Virus record (IMG/VR): IMGVR_UViG_3300031146_000002
Span: 177 to 64,176 of that record
Reading direction: 5' to 3' (one strand)
Source: a virus
DNA: 64,000 nt
Part shown: positions 59,841 through 64,000 of the stretch, in pieces
How the letters are laid out: the number at the start of each line of letters is the position of its first letter
Position numbering within the stretch: position 1 is the stretch's first letter
The notes under the pieces: model-generated
Seen by the model: only the letters and a program-made list of their open reading frames with translations
What the model was told of the DNA's origin: nothing
The model's database searches: none
Program-made: the position numbers and the translations under genes

Positions 59841-60665
59841 TTAGGCCTTCTCAACGATCACCGCGGTCCGGTTGAAGATCACGATGTAGTCGCGGCCCTC
59901 GACGTGCATCGCGTCGTAGCCGAGCCGCGCAGCCAGCGCCCCGGGGTCGATGAACACCCCCGTCTGCTCGTACTCCTCCCGAGCCAGCCGGGCCATCTCC
60001 AGCCCCGATGCGATCACAGCGTCGCGGTGCAGGACCATGCGGATCATCACCCCGCCCATGTCGGGCTGGGCCCACGCACTGACCTTCTCCCGGTTCATGC
60101 CGGTGTAGATGCCGTTGCCGTGGGTGCCCTCGCCGTAGTAGGCCGGGCCAGTGCGGAACTGCTCGGCCTGCTGCAGAGAGATCTTCCGCTTCTCCCGGCG
60201 GGATAGGGTCTGCCCATCCCGGCCGCGCTGGTGGATACCGCGCCACAGCTCGATGCCGCCGGCCTCGATCTCCGCATCCAGGTCTGCTGCCGTGCCCACC
60301 CGCGGCGGGCCGTCGAAACCCTGCAGGTGCGCGTACGCAGCCACCAGCCTGGAGTTGGGCGTCGAGTGCTCCTTGACCGCCTCGAGGGCCTCGGTGATGT
60401 CCACGTCCCGGCCAAGGTCTCGGCCACGAACCATGATGTGAGTCGTCACCCTAGGCTGCTGCTGGCCCGACGGCCTGCCAGGCTGCTGCTGTCCTGGGAC
60501 CGGCCCAGGGCCTGACGGGCTCGCCGATCGTCGGCCACGGCCGCCACTGCTCCGCGGGGCATCGGGGACGTCGATGAACCGTCCGTCGGGCCCGCGGGGG
60601 TGCAGCAGGGCGTTCCACGGCCGGCGGATCTTCACCTCGTATCGGGGCACCAGGATCGCCGGCAT
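59841..60665 (-). CDS. Tagged effector with probable ART-fold domain
   Basis: MPAILVPRYEVK...WNALLHPRGPDGRF; ELWRG, YYGEGTHGNGIY, LGYDAM, YIVIFNR. Confidence 0.65.
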   Translation of the reverse strand: MPAILVPRYEVKIRRPWNALLHPRGPDGRFIDVPDAPRSSGGRGRRSASPSGPGPVPGQQQPGRPSGQQQPRVTTHIMVRGRDLGRDVDITEALEAVKEHSTPNSRLVAAYAHLQGFDGPPRVGTAADLDAEIEAGGIELWRGIHQRGRDGQTLSRREKRKISLQQAEQFRTGPAYYGEGTHGNGIYTGMNREKVSAWAQPDMGGVMIRMVLHRDAVIASGLEMARLAREEYEQTGVFIDPGALAARLGYDAMHVEGRDYIVIFNRTAVIVEKA

Positions 60666-60672
60666 GCCGGCC

Positions 60673-60700
60673 ATCATCCGCACCAGCCCCGGCTAAGGTC
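60673..60700 (-). promoter_or_regulatory. Putative late promoter
   Basis: GACCTTAG-N14-GATGAT-N7-ATG. Confidence 0.6.
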
Positions 60701-60722
60701 CGGGCCCCTGCCGGCAGGCATG

Positions 60723-60762
60723 AAAAGAGGGCCACCCCGCCGGCTGAACGGGATGGCCCTCC
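60723..60762 (-). terminator. Intrinsic terminator
   Basis: AGGGCCATCCCG/CGGGGTGGCCCT stem followed by CTTTT on the minus strand. Confidence 0.7.
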
Positions 60763-60809
60763 TCGGCGTGCCTGGCGTTCAGCCGGACCGCCAGGTCCGA
60801 CCGAGCCTG

Positions 60810-61436
60810 TTACGCCTGTGCACCAGCGTAGGTGCCGTTGACCGGGGCGGCCGGGGCAGCCGGGCCGACCACCGGGCTCTTGGGGGCGATGTCGTCGATC
60901 TTGGGAGCGACGGGCGCCTTGCGTGGCCGCCGCGTCCTCGTCTTGCTGCTGGCCGCGATCCTTTGCGCCGCTGGCGTCATCCGAGGCTGGGCGGTTTGCT
61001 CCGCGCGCTTCTTCTGCCGCCGGCGTTTGGGTCGACGGCCCCTGATCATGGAAACGCCGGTCTCCACCACCAGGATCACGACGACTAGGAACAGGCCGTA
61101 ACCCGCTACTCCCCAGGCTCCGTCGATGAGGCCCGAGCCGACGTTGCAGGCGGTGGACATCGCGAAGCCGAAGATCATCACCCAGAACCCGTACCGGCGG
61201 GCGTGGCGCGTGAACGTCAGCAGCTTGCCGTACACGGCCACGAAGTCGATGAAAATGAATAGGGTTTCCGCCTGGTAACCGGGTAGGCCTAACCAATGCC
61301 CGATATGGGTGATGTGGGCGCGGGAGATGAAGAGGCCATACCCCATGATCGCGAAGCCGGAGACGTAGCTCAGGATCTCTGCGGCGAGATCCAGCCGACT
61401 GAGCTTCTTCTTGCCCCCCTGCTGCTTCTTCTCCAT
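60810..61436 (-). CDS. DUF2637-like multi-TM protein with basic tail
   Basis: ISRAHITHIGHWLG..GYQA..LFIFIDF; four TM segments; GGAGG RBS. Confidence 0.7.
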   Translation of the reverse strand: MEKKQQGGKKKLSRLDLAAEILSYVSGFAIMGYGLFISRAHITHIGHWLGLPGYQAETLFIFIDFVAVYGKLLTFTRHARRYGFWVMIFGFAMSTACNVGSGLIDGAWGVAGYGLFLVVVILVVETGVSMIRGRRPKRRRQKKRAEQTAQPRMTPAAQRIAASSKTRTRRPRKAPVAPKIDDIAPKSPVVGPAAPAAPVNGTYAGAQA

Positions 61437-61634
61437 CGGTCCCTCCTCCGATGTGAGGCCAGGTGCGTCCTGGCGTCCGGGGCTCGCGCTTTCGCTGGCC
61501 CCCGCGACCAGCGACGTGCTGCGGTAGCCCTTTTGGGTCGGCGCTGCGGTCGCGGCTCGTGCCGTTCGCGCGCTCGAGGCCCGTTGGACTGCACCTGGGG
61601 CGATGGGGCGACGATTGAGTTGTCAAGGAAACCA

Positions 61635-61655
61635 GTGCGGGTCGCTCACCCGCGC
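61635..61655 (-). promoter_or_regulatory. Leader hairpin element with TATCAT six nt upstream
   Basis: TATCAT-N6-GCGCGGG-TGAGCGA-CCCGCAC. Confidence 0.7.
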
Positions 61656-61705
61656 ACAACAATGATAGTTGTGGTCGGGAGGCTATGCAAGCCTAGTCAT
61701 GAAGA

Positions 61706-61733
61706 AACCCCGGCACCGTGCAGTGCCGGGGTT
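61706..61733. terminator. Terminator hairpin
   Basis: AACCCCGGCAC/GTGCCGGGGTT. Confidence 0.65.
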
Positions 61734-61754
61734 AGCCCCTTCCCACCTTGGCCG

Positions 61755-61973
61755 CTATGCCTCCTGGCTGCCCTCCTCCTTGGTGTCACCAGCCTCGGCC
61801 GGGCCCTCCGAGCTGCCAGCCTGCTCGGCGGACTCGTCCGTGCTGTCGCCCGAGCTGACCGCCGAGTCGCTGGCCTCCGGCGCCGGGTCCGTCTCGCCGC
61901 TCGAGGCGTACTCCTGCGCGGCGGTGTCCGGGCCCGACGTGTCGACCGCGATCGCGGTCTCGTCTCCTGCCAC
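61755..61973 (-). CDS. Small acidic, probably disordered protein
   Basis: GGGAGG RBS before GTG. Confidence 0.55.
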   Translation of the reverse strand: MAGDETAIAVDTSGPDTAAQEYASSGETDPAPEASDSAVSSGDSTDESAEQAGSSEGPAEAGDTKEEGSQEA

Positions 61974-62075
61974 TCTGCCTCCCGAATCGGTCGGTGCGAT
62001 CGTTCGGGTACCGAAGCTAGGCACGAAACCGGCCAGAGACCTGGAGCAACTTCTGCTCGGCGTGTCGTGCGCGGA

Positions 62076-63224
62076 CTACCGCGCACCCCGCAGCCGCGCC
62101 TGCAAGTCGAGCAGCTGCCGGTGCAGCTCCACCCGCTCGCGGAGCAGAGCCTCGGCCTCGGGCCGGCTCATTCGAGCTGGCACACCCACCTTGGCGATGT
62201 TCCGCGAGAGGGTCACCGTGTTACGGCTGGCCGGCCCGATGACGGCCTGCAGCTCAGCGAGTGACCACCCATACGTGAGGTGAAGCACCGCGGCGGCCTG
62301 GTAGATAGTCTCGCGGACCTCCGCACGCGCCTTCCGCAGAGCGGACCGTGCCGGAACCTTTCCCCGGCCCGTCGCGAGCGCCGTCTCGACCTGCTCGGAG
62401 AGCGCCTCGATGTTAGGGACCTCGGCCGGCCGGTAGCGTTGCCGCTTGGCGTGGCGGACGGTCAGCCGCTGCGCCTCGTTCAGGTCCTCGATACGGTCAC
62501 GCAGCTCCCGGGCCCGGATGGAGAGGTCGGCGAGCCGCCGGTCCAGGTTGGGCCGCTTGGGAGCCGGCTCGGCCGCGAGGGTTCGGTCCCGCCCGGTGCC
62601 GGCGATCCGCCGGACCGGCTCGACCGGCCAGCCCCAGTGCTCGATGACCGCCCGGGCGACAGCGTTCCGCTCGCCGGTCACCTCGGCGAGCTCCGCCTTC
62701 GTGGAGGCGATCCGCTCCCGAATGTGGGCGAGCCGCTCGTCGGGGGCGTCCGGCAGGTCGTCCGGCGGGGTCGGGGTGTGCCGCGACGCCTCCCAGGCGC
62801 GTGCCGCGGCCTCGAGCGCCTCGGACCAAACACGGTGCACGCCAGCCGACAGCTCAACTAGGTCGGTGAGCCGCTCCTCTGCCTTCGGAACCCGCTTGGG
62901 CTGGGGGTTCCGAAGGACGGCCCGCTCGAAGGCCGCGCGGTCGCGCGGGCCGACACCGATGATCCGGCCGACCCGGCTCAGCGGCCAACCTGCCCGGTGC
63001 ACGAGGTACGCGGCGACGACGTTGCGCTCGTCAACGAGGCGGTCCCGCAACACGTGCGCCCGGCAGGCGACCATCTCCAGTTCGATGGCGCGCCGCACGG
63101 GGTCGTCGATCCCGCTGGCCGTGGCCAGCGCGTCGCGCAGCGCGTCGATGTCGTAGCGAGTCACGGTTGGCTCCAGAGCCTCGTCGTCAAGCACCACATA
63201 AGTGGCCTCGACGGTGATTGTCAT
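62076..63224 (-). CDS. Protein with three repeated helix + HTH-like modules
   Basis: GWPLSRVGRIIG, GWPVEPVRRIAG, GWSLAELQAVIG; GGAGG RBS. Confidence 0.7.
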   Translation of the reverse strand: MTITVEATYVVLDDEALEPTVTRYDIDALRDALATASGIDDPVRRAIELEMVACRAHVLRDRLVDERNVVAAYLVHRAGWPLSRVGRIIGVGPRDRAAFERAVLRNPQPKRVPKAEERLTDLVELSAGVHRVWSEALEAAARAWEASRHTPTPPDDLPDAPDERLAHIRERIASTKAELAEVTGERNAVARAVIEHWGWPVEPVRRIAGTGRDRTLAAEPAPKRPNLDRRLADLSIRARELRDRIEDLNEAQRLTVRHAKRQRYRPAEVPNIEALSEQVETALATGRGKVPARSALRKARAEVRETIYQAAAVLHLTYGWSLAELQAVIGPASRNTVTLSRNIAKVGVPARMSRPEAEALLRERVELHRQLLDLQARLRGAR

Positions 63225-63244
63225 TGTCGTTGTACCTCCCATCC

Positions 63245-63265
63245 GTGCGGGTCGCTCGCCCGCAC
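63245..63265 (-). promoter_or_regulatory. Leader hairpin element
   Basis: GGTAGCAG-N5-GTGCGGG-CGAGCGA-CCCGCAC. Confidence 0.7.
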
Positions 63266-63292
63266 ACACACTGCTACCGTAGCACACGAAAA

Positions 63293-63317
63293 CGGGCCAG
63301 GAGCAACTCCTGGCCCG
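63293..63317 (-). terminator. Intrinsic terminator
   Basis: CGGGCCAGGAG/CTCCTGGCCCG followed by TTTT on the minus strand. Confidence 0.7.
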
Positions 63318-63332
63318 CCTAACGGGTGAAGA

Positions 63333-63557
63333 TCAGACGCCCAGCCGGGCGTACACCCTGTCGCGCAGCTCCCGCGCCTTGTCGGGACCCAACCTCTCGA
63401 CGATGGCGTACGCCTGCTTCCGCCGCTCCTGCTGCTGGTCGGGCGGAAGCTGCGCGATCCAGTCGATCGGTATCTTGTTGCTGCTCCGCTGCTGCTCCCA
63501 GTCCCACCACTCGATGAGGTCGGCAACCTCCAGATCTATAGGTTCCGGTGCTGTCAC
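63333..63557 (-). CDS. Hypothetical protein
   Basis: GGAGG RBS before GTG. Confidence 0.6.
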   Translation of the reverse strand: MTAPEPIDLEVADLIEWWDWEQQRSSNKIPIDWIAQLPPDQQQERRKQAYAIVERLGPDKARELRDRVYARLGV

Positions 63558-63630
63558 GGGTGAGCCTCCCGGGGGTAGCGGATCGGGGTGCGCCAGGACG
63601 GCCGAGCGCACCCCGAAGTTGGACGGGGAA

Positions 63631-63999
63631 TCAGGCGGCGGCCTTCATCTGGGCGTTCGCCGCGAGAATCTGGGCCAGCGTCTTGGCGGCCGACGGTAGG
63701 ACCAGGATCGTGACGGTGATGGTCCCCTGGACCTTCCTCGCCGCGCTGTACACGTCGCGCGCGACGGTGCCGGTCACGATCACGTCGTGAGTGACCTCGA
63801 GGAAAGGATCGACCCGCGGAACCACGTCGGCACCGAGCACCAACGGGCGCCAGGCCTGGCCGCAGATCAGGCGATGCAGCGCGTTCTCACCTCGTGTGGT
63901 CGTCGCGGTCTCGATGTCCACGTTGGCGACCCGGGCCGCGGCGAGGACCTCACGGCGCGTGTCGTCGTCGTCGGTGATCAGCAGAGGGGTGGTGGCCAC
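63631..63999 (-). CDS. Hypothetical protein, possibly 5'-truncated; weak resemblance to Ssd/CpaE N-terminal receiver-like domain
   Basis: PLLITDDDDTRREVLAAARVANV...LVLGAD...LVLPS. Confidence 0.5.
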   Translation of the reverse strand: MATTPLLITDDDDTRREVLAAARVANVDIETATTTRGENALHRLICGQAWRPLVLGADVVPRVDPFLEVTHDVIVTGTVARDVYSAARKVQGTITVTILVLPSAAKTLAQILAANAQMKAAA

Positions 64000-64000
64000 T

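Noticed and set aside
63631-63999. Host chromosome boundary (Ssd-like gene) at the right end
   Set aside because: Similarity is weak, no att site or further host genes are visible, and adjacent genes use phage-type elements.
1-64000. tRNA, rRNA, CRISPR arrays, IS elements
   Set aside because: None recognised by eye; a tRNAscan-SE/Infernal run would be needed to exclude small RNAs.

Overview
The whole 64-kb window is a high-GC actinobacteriophage or prophage (siphovirus-type, HK97 capsid); no host genes are evident and most genes are on the minus strand. Reading in transcription order from the right end: early/accessory genes (DUF2637-like, ArdC-N, SLOG, WDGH, tyrosine recombinase with an adjacent core-like site) interleaved with a ~21-kb block of effector genes; then terminase, an opposite-strand XRE/ImmA-like/membrane triad, portal-MuF fusion, prohead protease, major capsid, neck genes, tail tube, chaperones with a -1 frameshift, tape measure, Dit, minor tails, three tandem GDPD-like tail proteins, holin-like genes, a Bet-like recombinase and a BrnT/BrnA-like pair. 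The most striking feature is a family of 11 otherwise unrelated proteins sharing an N-terminal two-part tag (hydrophobic leader ending in x[VTA]K, then [WFY]xxxx[HQ]PR...G[RQ][FW]). The tag is fused to interchangeable domains: ADP-ribosyltransferase, GNAT, atypical kinase, HExxH peptidase, GrpE-like and wHTH. The same motif is embedded in the prohead protease. All 11 genes carry a promoter-like element (KACnnWAG-N14-nAnnnT, 22 copies found by eye) that also precedes structural genes. Together this suggests a modular, late-expressed, capsid-packaged effector system (inference). A second element, a 21-nt hairpin with a conserved heptaloop and compensatory stem changes (9 copies), marks non-structural genes. 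All family assignments come from recognising motifs by eye, not from database searches. Several start codons were revised from the ORF track using RBS or promoter position.
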